Below are positions 1 through 8,784 of a DNA stretch of 29,584 bases, one piece after another. Under the pieces are notes generated by a model, which had not been told where the DNA came from, ran no database searches, and worked only from the letters and a program-made list of their open reading frames with translations. The stretch's first letter is position 1. Each line of letters starts with the position of its first letter. Made by a program: the position numbers and the translations under genes. The DNA is taken from IMG/VR virus record IMGVR_UViG_3300035530_000048, positions 1 through 29,584 of that record; one strand, 5' to 3'. The DNA comes from a virus (lineage: Duplodnaviria; Caudoviricetes).

Positions 1-139
1 CTGCTGATTGTCCACATATCTCCATACTTTTTAGACATTCACGCCCATCTTTTCAGATCACGTTGTAGTGTACAGAGCTTTAGGAGTTTCCAGCAATTCA
101 AGAGGTTTTCATCACAACATTACTGTTATGAGAGACTTA

Positions 140-1390
140 CTACATAGATTTAAGTAATACAAAATTCCCAATTGTATACTTATCTTTATCAGAATTTAAG
201 AATGTCCAAACTATATCCGGAGATATACCCAAGTGTCTAGAACATTCCCGTGCACTATTGTACAGTCTTATGTCTTCTCCACCAATCGTTTTAACATACA
301 CCGGCTTTTTTGTATACTTGTGCGTATTCTTTATATCCCATCTATCGCCTTTGCGTTTAAATACATACCCATTAAGAGGAACTTGATACAAATTTTTATT
401 TCTAAGTCTTCTTTTCATACTAGTCTTTTTTAAGCCACATTGTCGCAAATCGTTCCACGCTGCAGATATACTGGGATATTCGGTATCTTCATCTGTCGAT
501 AAATTTTTAGCAACTATAGCAATTGCTTTTGTTGGAGCTCTTTTATCTACTGGGGTAGCAAAAGAATCTTTATCACAAGATAATAAGTACTTACCACAAA
601 GTATTTTCTTACGATCGCACGAAATATTCTCTGATAGTGTAGCAGCATCAATACCTAATTTCTTAGCTAGTCGGTTTAAACCTAAATATTCAGTAATCTT
701 CCCAGTATGAATATCTTTCAGATATACTACTTTTATACAGGAATTAAGTCCTGTCTGTAAGGCGTGTTCTAAATTCTGTTTATATGTACACCATTCTAAA
801 TTTTCAAAAGAACAATTCTGTTTGTTTCCATCGATATGGTTGACAAGTAATTTACTAAATAGTTTTCTTAACTTTTCTGGAATTGGTATAAATGCCATAG
901 CTACTAAACGATGAACTAAACAATTTCTATGTACATCATCATCTGCTTTCAATGAAACCATGTAATATTGATGTAACCACCCTGGAACTATTTCTGTAGT
1001 CTTAGCAACCCTAATTGTTCCCTCTCTATTAATTACATATCGCGAATATCCGGGTATGTGTACATAATTATTATCTTTTTTCCACTCATCTACTATAGGT
1101 AACCCTAATTGAGCAAACCACACTAAATTTAATAACTTACAATTTTTAAGATTTCCATCGAGATGTACAATTTTCAAATTCTCATAATTATTAACAGGAC
1201 GAAAAGTCTCTAATACTAATCTAGCGACAGGGTACGATGTCCACTTGTCATTTAGCTTGATTCGAACTCTACAATACTTGTCCGTAGAGCTATCTAAAAG
1301 TTTTGTTCCACTGGGACTATACACATAACCATCAGAAGAAACTGTATATTCCGCATTCCGACAACAGGGTAAAATTTTTGTTTTAAACAC
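140..1390 (-). CDS. Intron-encoded HNH homing endonuclease: two NUMOD4/HNH-like units plus C-terminal NUMOD1-like DNA-binding repeats
   Basis: VHRLVAMAFIP...VNHIDGNKQNCSFENLEW (intact HNH) and VARLVLETF...VHLDGNLKNCKLLNLVW (N-terminal copy); C-terminal YPSISAAW and YNSARECSRHLGI helix-turn-helix repeats; GTG start with GAGGAG RBS. Confidence 0.9.
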   Translation of the reverse strand: MFKTKILPCCRNAEYTVSSDGYVYSPSGTKLLDSSTDKYCRVRIKLNDKWTSYPVARLVLETFRPVNNYENLKIVHLDGNLKNCKLLNLVWFAQLGLPIVDEWKKDNNYVHIPGYSRYVINREGTIRVAKTTEIVPGWLHQYYMVSLKADDDVHRNCLVHRLVAMAFIPIPEKLRKLFSKLLVNHIDGNKQNCSFENLEWCTYKQNLEHALQTGLNSCIKVVYLKDIHTGKITEYLGLNRLAKKLGIDAATLSENISCDRKKILCGKYLLSCDKDSFATPVDKRAPTKAIAIVAKNLSTDEDTEYPSISAAWNDLRQCGLKKTSMKRRLRNKNLYQVPLNGYVFKRKGDRWDIKNTHKYTKKPVYVKTIGGEDIRLYNSARECSRHLGISPDIVWTFLNSDKDKYTIGNFVLLKSM

Positions 1391-1392
1391 AG

Positions 1393-1453
1393 TAACACTC
1401 CTCTATTAATTAAAGAATCTTGGGGTTTCTTATATTATAGTAATAGAGTGTTA
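1393..1453 (-). promoter_or_regulatory. Hairpin able to sequester the endonuclease Shine-Dalgarno sequence
   Basis: Minus-strand TAACACTCTATTA (1453-1441) pairs with TAATA-GAG-GAGTGTTA (1408-1393), which contains the GAGGAG SD: 8 bp plus 5 bp with a 3-nt bulge. Confidence 0.6.
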
Positions 1454-1510
1454 AGAAGTTTTGGGAATTTTTTAACCAAGTTATCTTGGCTTTTATCTAT
1501 GTAGATGTCC

Positions 1511-2773
1511 ATCTGCATTTGGGCCTTTTACAATAGCACTCGAAATTGCTATTGTAGTATCCGTTATATCTCGTTTGACTTTAGTTACAAATACTAACTG
1601 AATAGATTGATGGACTAGACTAGGATTTCTCTGTAATAATACAGGCAATCCTAGCAAATCTACTTGTTGTCCATTTTCGTCAACATAGGCAGCTTCTTCA
1701 ATAAGGGTTTTGAATATTTTATCAATGTCAGGATCGTATACAACTAAGGCTTTTGTAACCTTAGCCAATGCATCAATGACTTCATATCCGTGACGGTTGA
1801 TTAAGATGTTCATAATCATCAATTTATAAGTATTTACTCCAATCTTCCACGGAATGTGGATTTCATCTGCTTGTTGTGGTCCAATTATTGGAATGATAAC
1901 AGATCTAAATGTACCATGCAATCTAGTACCAAAGATATGTTTTCTAATCAATCCTTCTTTTGATGCTAACTTTTCTCTTATGATCTTTGTTAAATAGATT
2001 ACATAGGATTTATATGCACCAAATGTAACCTGTTCTAATTTGGTTGGATGAGTTACTACTGTTCTCAGAGTAAATGGAATAGTTACAAGATCAATAATTG
2101 CAGATAAGATATCTTTACTACTACTATCTGCATAGGTTAAGGATCGTCCTTCTTTATGAATGGGGTGAAGTTCATTCGATAGTATAGGTAACTTAGTACA
2201 CCAAATTCTGTCCCTATACTCATTCAGAAACCATTTGATATAATTTACTTGTTTCTTAGTTCGAGTTTTGTAGTGAACATGAAGAAAATAATCCATCAGA
2301 TAATCAAAGTTTTCCTTAACATAATTAAAACCTTGTCCAAGGATAACATCTGAAAGTTCTTCAGGAATAATAGCATCTACGTCTAACATGATATCTAGAT
2401 ATGATTCATTGGATTTCTTTAACCAATCGGATAATATCATGTAAGCAACTGGATGCATAAATGCAGTAATACCTGGAGGTGTACCGATCCACACTTTGTG
2501 TTTAAGTGAATCTACAAATTGTGAATCTACAATAGATTTACAGATAGGGCATTTAGATCCAATATAATAATTACCTTTGAGATTTCCACATTCACACTCG
2601 GCTATATACCCAATATCCTCATTCTTATTTTCAGTATATACTAAGTTAGTGACAGCTTCTGCAAAATGAGTTTCTGTAAAATCTATACTATTGACGAGTA
2701 CAGCATCTGGATTATTTGAAAACATCTCATCCAGATTTATAATTCCTAACATCCTATTTATAGTTTCTTCCAT
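1511..2773 (-). CDS. rpoC: Non-virion RNA polymerase beta'-like subunit, exon 1 (phiKZ gp55-like)
   Basis: Zinc-binding CECGNLKGNYYIGSKCPIC, KEGLIRKHIFGTRLHGTFRSVI, LLQRNPSL and a terminal GPNAD, the start of the NADFDGD catalytic loop; lies downstream of the chimallin-like gene as in phiKZ-like phages. Confidence 0.9.
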
Positions 2774-2825
2774 ATACGTATTCCCTCCTTAGTTAGAATA
2801 TATATGGAGATGGATCTATACACTT

Positions 2826-2838
2826 TAATAATATATAT
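2826..2838 (-). promoter_or_regulatory. Possible phage early promoter (ATATATATTATTA; TATTAC-like)
   Basis: Related motifs lie upstream of chimallin (5446-5456, ATACATATTAC) and the 22642 gene (22714-22724, ATATATATTAC). They resemble the phiKZ early TATTAC consensus, but the genome is AT-rich. Confidence 0.35.
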
Positions 2839-2853
2839 CTACAAATGTAATAA

Positions 2854-2898
2854 AAAATAAAGGGACATACAATTCTGTACTATATATCCCTTTATTTT
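2854..2898 (-). terminator. Probable intrinsic terminator
   Basis: AAAATAAAGGGA / TCCCTTTATTTT 12-bp inverted repeat downstream of ORF 2924-3715. Confidence 0.55.
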
Positions 2899-2923
2899 AT
2901 AGTCGAAATAAGTAAGAAATTAT

Positions 2924-3715
2924 TTACTCACTCACCCACTCCCAAGTACTAGGAATAACTGTAAGTTGGTCAGTATAATGTTGAGGATAAGCCTGACCAT
3001 ATTTATCCATTCCCCAAATCCAACCTACACCACTTGCAGGTGTACATGACCATACTTTAGATATCCCTTTTTGTTGCATAATATTCAACAGATCAGTTTT
3101 CTCAGCCAAAAGTACCAACATGTCAATAGTAGGTATAGAATATGATTTAGTCGAATTGTTATTATAATCTAAAATATAATCAACAACAGACAACATTGTA
3201 TTATTTTCTTTGGATTTTTCAAGATACTTTTCAGAAGTGATTATTGTTTCGATAACTTTTTCAGGAGTTGTAATATCGACATTATCCATCTCAGGATACG
3301 ATGGTGGTATCTTATAAGCTAAAAGTTTTGCCCAATCTCCAATTGGCGCTGTAGTAAATTTTCGTACACATCCCGCTGCATTAACATGTTTTGATGTAAA
3401 TTCTAATGTATAATTCTCCGGTAAGATAGTCGGAGTATTGGACACACCATCTCTAGTGGTTGATGTAGTAGTATCGACACCTACTACATTTAGTATTTCT
3501 TGATCTACGATATCCCAATCTTTGTTGTCCGAAAATGGTAGACATTTTCTATTGATAAGATCTTTGGACGCCTTAATAGATTCAGGCTCTCTGAAATATT
3601 CAACACTCCCACCAACTGCTTCGAATTGGTCTGTGGTAGTAGTTAGTAATATCTTAAGGAATGATCGAGTTTCTATCTGAAATGCATATACCAAAATATA
3701 AATTGTATTATCCAT
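2924..3715 (-). CDS. Hypothetical protein with a C-terminal C-type-lectin (DUF1566-like) region resembling the DGR target domain
   Basis: YSIPTIDML...VWSCTPASGVGWIWGMDKYGQAYPQHYTDQLTVIP aligns without gaps to the target's VWSSSQYDSTTYSWNVYSSGGVYRSGRDGQFGVVP (9/35 identities); AGGAG RBS. Confidence 0.6.
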   Translation of the reverse strand: MDNTIYILVYAFQIETRSFLKILLTTTTDQFEAVGGSVEYFREPESIKASKDLINRKCLPFSDNKDWDIVDQEILNVVGVDTTTSTTRDGVSNTPTILPENYTLEFTSKHVNAAGCVRKFTTAPIGDWAKLLAYKIPPSYPEMDNVDITTPEKVIETIITSEKYLEKSKENNTMLSVVDYILDYNNNSTKSYSIPTIDMLVLLAEKTDLLNIMQQKGISKVWSCTPASGVGWIWGMDKYGQAYPQHYTDQLTVIPSTWEWVSE

Positions 3716-3758
3716 AAGATCTATAGTCTCCTGTTAATTATTAATTCTATTGATAAAA

Positions 3759-3797
3759 TATAAAGAGACACTCTCGAAATGAGAGTGTCTCTTTATA
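3759..3797 (-). terminator. Intrinsic terminator after chimallin
   Basis: 17-bp perfect stem TATAAAGAGACACTCTC / GAGAGTGTCTCTTTATA with a 5-nt loop, followed by TTTT on the minus strand. Confidence 0.8.
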
Positions 3798-3804
3798 CTA
3801 CATA

Positions 3805-5391
3805 CTACCGGTAGTATCCTGCTGGATTCTGATAATGGTACCTTCCCTGTCCATAACGGGAACCCATTGCGGACGTAACTGCGAACGAACCCGAACCATA
3901 AGCTTCAGACTGCTTCATGATCAGATCCATATTGATACCAGACATGGACACTAGACTGGTGGAGATGTTCAGTACCTTATGTACGACTTCGCCCATCGTT
4001 CTGACGAGCTCAGCATCCAGTACGCAAGTCTGACTGATATACAGCCGACGGAATTCACTCATGATTTCTCGAACCAAATCAGCCCGAGGCATGGGATCGA
4101 TATCTCTTCTCATCAACTCAGTCACACGAGGATTATTCCCCATCGACCTTACGCAGGACAGATAGTCAACAATACGACTATCGTACACATTCCCACTACG
4201 AGCAACATATCCAACAAATTCTTCAAATACTGAACGTGCGGGAACAATATTGTTGGGAATATTCAATCCAAGGAACTGTCCAAAGATATTTCTGATAAGG
4301 TCATCGGCTTCCTGAGTCCGATCGGCCAACAATTCAATACGAGGAATACGAGCTCGACCATCAACAATGTCAATTGCCAGAACAGGACGTTCACAATAGA
4401 TGTTAATAAACTGATCGCGCTCTTCAACAGAAGATGCAGCCCAAGGCTGACCATTTTCCGTACGAATCAAATTACCAATATTCGGCTTATCCGATTCGAA
4501 CGAAGTAAACTGATTTCTCCACAATCCTTTACCGATGAACAGATCAGCAGCAACCGAGATGGCAGTTGCAGCCATGGACATGGTGGGCAGAGAAGATACG
4601 ATATCAGTGATGTGTACAATGGGCACATATTTGGTAGTCATCCCATCGGCAAACGAAGGTAGGAATTCGACATAAGCCAGTACCCCGACAATAGGAGTAA
4701 ATCGAGCCTGCTGATATTGATCCTGTCTACCGCCCATGTTGAGAAGATCATCCTTCTTCATGTTGATAGTAAATCCAAAATCTCCACGAGACTGGATCTT
4801 ATGGGGTGACAGAGATTCAACAAACTTCTTGGTTCTGGATACATCGATATCCGTAGTATACTGAATCTTTGACATGGCTTCAATAGTCATGTCATTGACT
4901 ACTTCAGACCGATACGCTTTGAAGATAGCGCTGATATGATCGGCCATAAACTTGGGGCGATCATAATCTTCCGATGTAACAATGATACAATTGAGTACAC
5001 GGAAATCTGAACCCATCATTGCAGCAGCAGAACGAATTGCTACTACATTCACGATGGAAGTAGGAAACTGGATATCTGTACCAACAGCTTCTTCGAAGTT
5101 AAGAACAATACCAACCTTACCCATTGCAAACAGAATAGCGCCGGATGGTTCATTCAACTGTCGAGTCTCAACAGACAGCCCACGAGCAGCATCTTCCAAC
5201 TCATGACGAACTGCTTTTACATATTCAGTACCGGCAGTTGAAATGTTAGCAGAAGTACCGAATGCAGAAATGATATCTGCAAAACTTGTCGGATTAGGAG
5301 CGGAAGCACCAGGTACGGTTCCACCAGTAGGAACTTCTTCTTCGATAGGCTTCTTTGTTTCAGTCGTTGCACCTTTCTTACTAATCGCCAT
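3805..5391 (-). CDS. chmA: Chimallin / phage nuclear shell protein (phiKZ gp54-like), about 528 aa from MAISKK
   Basis: Recalled chimallin-like motifs YVPIVHITD, W..QF...NIGNL, LAIDI and FVGYVARSGNVYDSRIVDYL; position just upstream of the nvRNAP beta' gene; strong GGAGGA RBS before ATG 5391; visibly higher G+C than neighbouring genes. Confidence 0.78.
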   Translation of the reverse strand: MAISKKGATTETKKPIEEEVPTGGTVPGASAPNPTSFADIISAFGTSANISTAGTEYVKAVRHELEDAARGLSVETRQLNEPSGAILFAMGKVGIVLNFEEAVGTDIQFPTSIVNVVAIRSAAAMMGSDFRVLNCIIVTSEDYDRPKFMADHISAIFKAYRSEVVNDMTIEAMSKIQYTTDIDVSRTKKFVESLSPHKIQSRGDFGFTINMKKDDLLNMGGRQDQYQQARFTPIVGVLAYVEFLPSFADGMTTKYVPIVHITDIVSSLPTMSMAATAISVAADLFIGKGLWRNQFTSFESDKPNIGNLIRTENGQPWAASSVEERDQFINIYCERPVLAIDIVDGRARIPRIELLADRTQEADDLIRNIFGQFLGLNIPNNIVPARSVFEEFVGYVARSGNVYDSRIVDYLSCVRSMGNNPRVTELMRRDIDPMPRADLVREIMSEFRRLYISQTCVLDAELVRTMGEVVHKVLNISTSLVSMSGINMDLIMKQSEAYGSGSFAVTSAMGSRYGQGRYHYQNPAGYYR

Positions 5392-5704
5392 AACAATTCC
5401 TCCATGGAAGGTTAAATAGTGCGGCACTAGTAACCGCAGACATTTGTAATATGTATATAAACAATAAAATTTAATTTATCATTCATATACTGACATCACA
5501 ATAATAATGTATATTTGAAAAATTAATCAAATATTAAAGTTAGTAAAATTACCAATTGAACACAATGTTCCAGATACACACATTATGCTTTTGGTATGTT
5601 TTTAAATATATAACCACCAAATAGGTAAATTAAATTCTATAGAAAATAAGTATATAAGTCAGTTATGATATAACTCAAATAAACCAGTATGGTTATAAGG
5701 AGAT

Positions 5705-6886
5705 ATGATTATGCTATTGGAATATATGAAAAAGTTTATAATAAATGATACTACATACAATGCGAATATATTACCACACTATAACAACTATCTTAATACC
5801 TTAGTAGTAAGAAATGCTCTATTGAAAGATAGACATTATGCGTTTGGTGGAAGCGAAACTAAAGGTGTAACTATATTGAAACATATATTGGGTCTTGTTG
5901 ATTTAAAGTATTTGAAAAGTCTACCTAATGATTTTGAAAGATTTACTAATTACTTTGATATAGTAAAACGGGATTGGATGGAAATCTATGATAATAATGC
6001 AACTAATAATGTATATAAGAAAACTTTTGTAACAAAGAAGCTATATACTTGTATGGAGTATCTGTTACCGTGTGAATGTGAAGATCCTTTATCTTTATAT
6101 CCTATGGATAAAGATTGGCAAAGTTGGATAAATGTAAAACCTTTACGATGTATAGATCATGATAGTAATGAGTATACTACTAATGTATTGACAGATCAAA
6201 TAGCTTTTAAAGTCCTTACTCCTAGTTATGTAGTATTTACACTAGATCCTGTGTTGTTAGGGTTTATGTATTTTAAATATATCGAATATACTGAACAGTC
6301 AGAAGATATAGTATTACCCATTCAACAATTTATTCATAAGTATGTAATTGATAAATTGATGGATGATTTACAAAATATATGGTTACGGAATGAGATACAT
6401 AGATTATTTACCTTACAAGATTCTAATGATATCAATAAACATCATTTAGCTGATACTATAACAGATCAGACATATAGTTATGTAGGATTACAATATGAAA
6501 CTGCAATGAAAGAAATTTGGAAAAAGATACAAGATGTGAGAATGCGAAAAGTTAGACCTGAAGAATTTTTAAATAGTATACAATTAACTAATAGTAATGC
6601 AATTACCTATCTAGATAATCTTTTACAATATACACATATACCTTTCCTTAGACAATATATGTGGCAAAGATATTTACGAGATGCTTCATGGGTAGATTTA
6701 GTATTTGATACATTTCTATTAGATACTTCTAGACAAAGTACTAAGAACTTGTTGAGATATCTTGTACGAAAACAGCCAACTATTGAAAGGTCTAGATTTT
6801 GGGATAATATAAGAGATCCTTTAATCAAAAGTAATGTAAAAAAGAAAATAACTAACCAATTAGAAAAATTAGAAAAATACGCATAA
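5705..6886 (+). CDS. Hypothetical jumbo-phage protein divergent from chimallin
   Basis: 393-aa ORF with AAGGAG RBS; no motif recognised. Confidence 0.7.
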   Translation: MIMLLEYMKKFIINDTTYNANILPHYNNYLNTLVVRNALLKDRHYAFGGSETKGVTILKHILGLVDLKYLKSLPNDFERFTNYFDIVKRDWMEIYDNNATNNVYKKTFVTKKLYTCMEYLLPCECEDPLSLYPMDKDWQSWINVKPLRCIDHDSNEYTTNVLTDQIAFKVLTPSYVVFTLDPVLLGFMYFKYIEYTEQSEDIVLPIQQFIHKYVIDKLMDDLQNIWLRNEIHRLFTLQDSNDINKHHLADTITDQTYSYVGLQYETAMKEIWKKIQDVRMRKVRPEEFLNSIQLTNSNAITYLDNLLQYTHIPFLRQYMWQRYLRDASWVDLVFDTFLLDTSRQSTKNLLRYLVRKQPTIERSRFWDNIRDPLIKSNVKKKITNQLEKLEKYA

Positions 6887-6899
6887 AACGTATCCATAT

Positions 6900-6928
6900 A
6901 GGAGAGTACCCCAGTAGGGTACTCTCCT
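6900..6928. terminator. Bidirectional terminator hairpin between convergent genes
   Basis: AGGAGAGTACCC / GGGTACTCTCCT 12-bp stem with CAGTA loop. Confidence 0.75.
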
Positions 6929-6938
6929 TATATTATAT

Positions 6939-8264
6939 CTATTTTTGTTCAAGTCGTATAGATAAAGTAGCAGAACAATCAAATATATATTCATTTACTC
7001 GACCTATACAAGTAAATTCATATTTTATATGATTACATGAACCTGTTCGAGTATCATATTTACCATCGTCATCATAGTGGTAGATAGTCTTATGTCCAGG
7101 TTCTATTTCAAACCATGTACTATGTACCCATCCTAATATTAACATAGTAGCGTTAGTAGCTTCTAACCTACTAGTTTCTTTAAATACATTGATTGTTGGG
7201 TTTCTGTATTTTTGATAATATAAATTTTTCATCATACCCTTTTTGGTAGTAGTTTCTGCAGTAACTGTATTCTTATTATTTATATCAACACCTTTAGAAC
7301 CTTTATATTCTTGAAAGGCATCTAACAGAGTGTCAGCTCGTATAAAAGAGGTAGCATTACCTACTTCTTCTTGTCCAAGTTCTGATAAATTGATAGTATC
7401 GGAAGTAGTATTGGACACTACATGTATATCTTGATCCTTATAGGTATGATAACTCTCCAATCCGGCATATTGATTCTGAGGTACGTTATATAGATTTAGA
7501 GATTTAGATTTAATAGGATTTGTTTCAAATGGTGGATAAATATAAAGAACTCCATTTGTGTAGTAATAAGTCAATCCTTTAAAGTAAACTCCATATCTAT
7601 TTTGTATATATGTAAATAGGGAAGAAAAATCGTGCCCTGGAGGTATAATGATGTGATCGTATACAGTAGTATTGTCAGGCTCAATTAATGAAAGTTTAGC
7701 AATCCCATACGCTGCAACTATATACTCAATTACTTGTTTGACTGTCACTTTACTAAACATACTATTAAATTGTTTATGCCTTAAATTGTAAGCATTTACT
7801 TCTAATAGTTGAAATACTACATTTATACGAGCAGATATTTGATCGTCATATTGTGGAGTCTCTTCTTTATTCTGATATGAAGATATATGAAATTGTTTTG
7901 CTAGATCTTTAGTATTTTTGATAATGCCTTTATATTGATATATCTTAGGTAACTTAGTTACATCTGTTTTGTTAGTAAGATGATCTATATATAAGAATTT
8001 GAGACTGATATTAATATCTTGATGATGATCAACTAACTTTACATACTGAGAAGGATGCATAGAGATTACTAACTCTATATCATCCATATAGTTAGCATCA
8101 AAATTCTGATCTACAGACAACTCTTCTAAAATCGTATTTTCTATAACTATATCTGGATAATCACTAACAGATATGTCATAATCTATTTTCATTATATTAC
8201 TAGAAGTATTGTCAATCACTTCGTCAATACGAGATGATAGTTGTTTACTTAGTTGATACAACAC
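6939..8264 (-). CDS. Putative virion structural protein (phiKZ gp101-like, possibly baseplate hub-type)
   Basis: PDNTTVYDHIIIPPG...YIQNRYGVYFKGLTYYY...YIYPPF recalls the phiKZ-family conserved virion protein; last gene of a four-gene operon. Confidence 0.55.
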   Translation of the reverse strand: MLYQLSKQLSSRIDEVIDNTSSNIMKIDYDISVSDYPDIVIENTILEELSVDQNFDANYMDDIELVISMHPSQYVKLVDHHQDINISLKFLYIDHLTNKTDVTKLPKIYQYKGIIKNTKDLAKQFHISSYQNKEETPQYDDQISARINVVFQLLEVNAYNLRHKQFNSMFSKVTVKQVIEYIVAAYGIAKLSLIEPDNTTVYDHIIIPPGHDFSSLFTYIQNRYGVYFKGLTYYYTNGVLYIYPPFETNPIKSKSLNLYNVPQNQYAGLESYHTYKDQDIHVVSNTTSDTINLSELGQEEVGNATSFIRADTLLDAFQEYKGSKGVDINNKNTVTAETTTKKGMMKNLYYQKYRNPTINVFKETSRLEATNATMLILGWVHSTWFEIEPGHKTIYHYDDDGKYDTRTGSCNHIKYEFTCIGRVNEYIFDCSATLSIRLEQK

Positions 8265-8763
8265 GATATTTCTCCGTTATAGCATCAGCATGTTCACCTT
8301 GACCCATTATAAGTAGAAATAAATTTTTGTCAACATATTGCTTTTCAAAGAATTTATCATTATACGCCAATTTCTTACAATTATTAGTAAGCTCTTGTTG
8401 TAATGTTGATAACTTTTCTAAATATGCTTTAGCTTGAGGATTCTCTTTATGGAGATATAATTCAGTTACATACATATCGAGATATTCTTTGATCTTGATA
8501 TTATCTACAACATTGACTAAAGAGAATGGTATATTATTAGCACGCATATCAACCATTTGGGCTATAGTAGCTACAGATCTGCCCATAGCACCACTATCTT
8601 CATAATACGTAGGATCTATTTCTCCGTCTAGTATAGGATCAGGAAGTGGTGTATAGTAGATAGGAGAAATGACTTCAAACGGTCTATTGTTTATATAGTC
8701 GACTGCTGTTAGATATACTTTTTCCCCATCGTACGATTTATACTTTTTATTTCTTGGTAGCAT
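8245..8763 (-). CDS. Hypothetical protein in conserved virion block (phiKZ gp100-like by position)
   Basis: 172-aa ORF with GGAGG RBS, coupled to its neighbours. Confidence 0.55.
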   Translation of the reverse strand: MLPRNKKYKSYDGEKVYLTAVDYINNRPFEVISPIYYTPLPDPILDGEIDPTYYEDSGAMGRSVATIAQMVDMRANNIPFSLVNVVDNIKIKEYLDMYVTELYLHKENPQAKAYLEKLSTLQQELTNNCKKLAYNDKFFEKQYVDKNLFLLIMGQGEHADAITEKYRVVSTK

Positions 8764-8784
8764 AATAATTGATATACCTCCTAC

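Larger units (their letters stand above)
1..1510 (-). mobile_element. Group I intron in the RNA polymerase beta'-like gene, with an endonuclease ORF in loop L1; 3' part lies beyond the window start
   Basis: The upstream exon ends ...AAT GCA GAT (NAD of NADFDGD) at 1511 and the frame then closes. After the HNH stop the minus strand reads TAAGTCT (candidate IGS; GUCU pairs exon AGAU with a U-G wobble), then CATAACA-GTAA-TGTTGTG (P2 with GNRA loop), TGAATTGCTGGAAACTCC (P element) and GGACAATCAGCAG (Q element) at the window edge. Confidence 0.88.

Noticed and set aside
1493-1510. GHLHR* as the true RNAP C-terminus or a pseudogene end
   Set aside because: Better explained as read-through into the group I intron
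2941-3056. Second active VR in the lectin-like gene
   Set aside because: Similarity is at protein level only; the DNA does not match the TR beyond short stretches
5392-5427. Longer GTG start for chimallin
   Set aside because: The GGAGGA SD sits within this extension, just before ATG 5391
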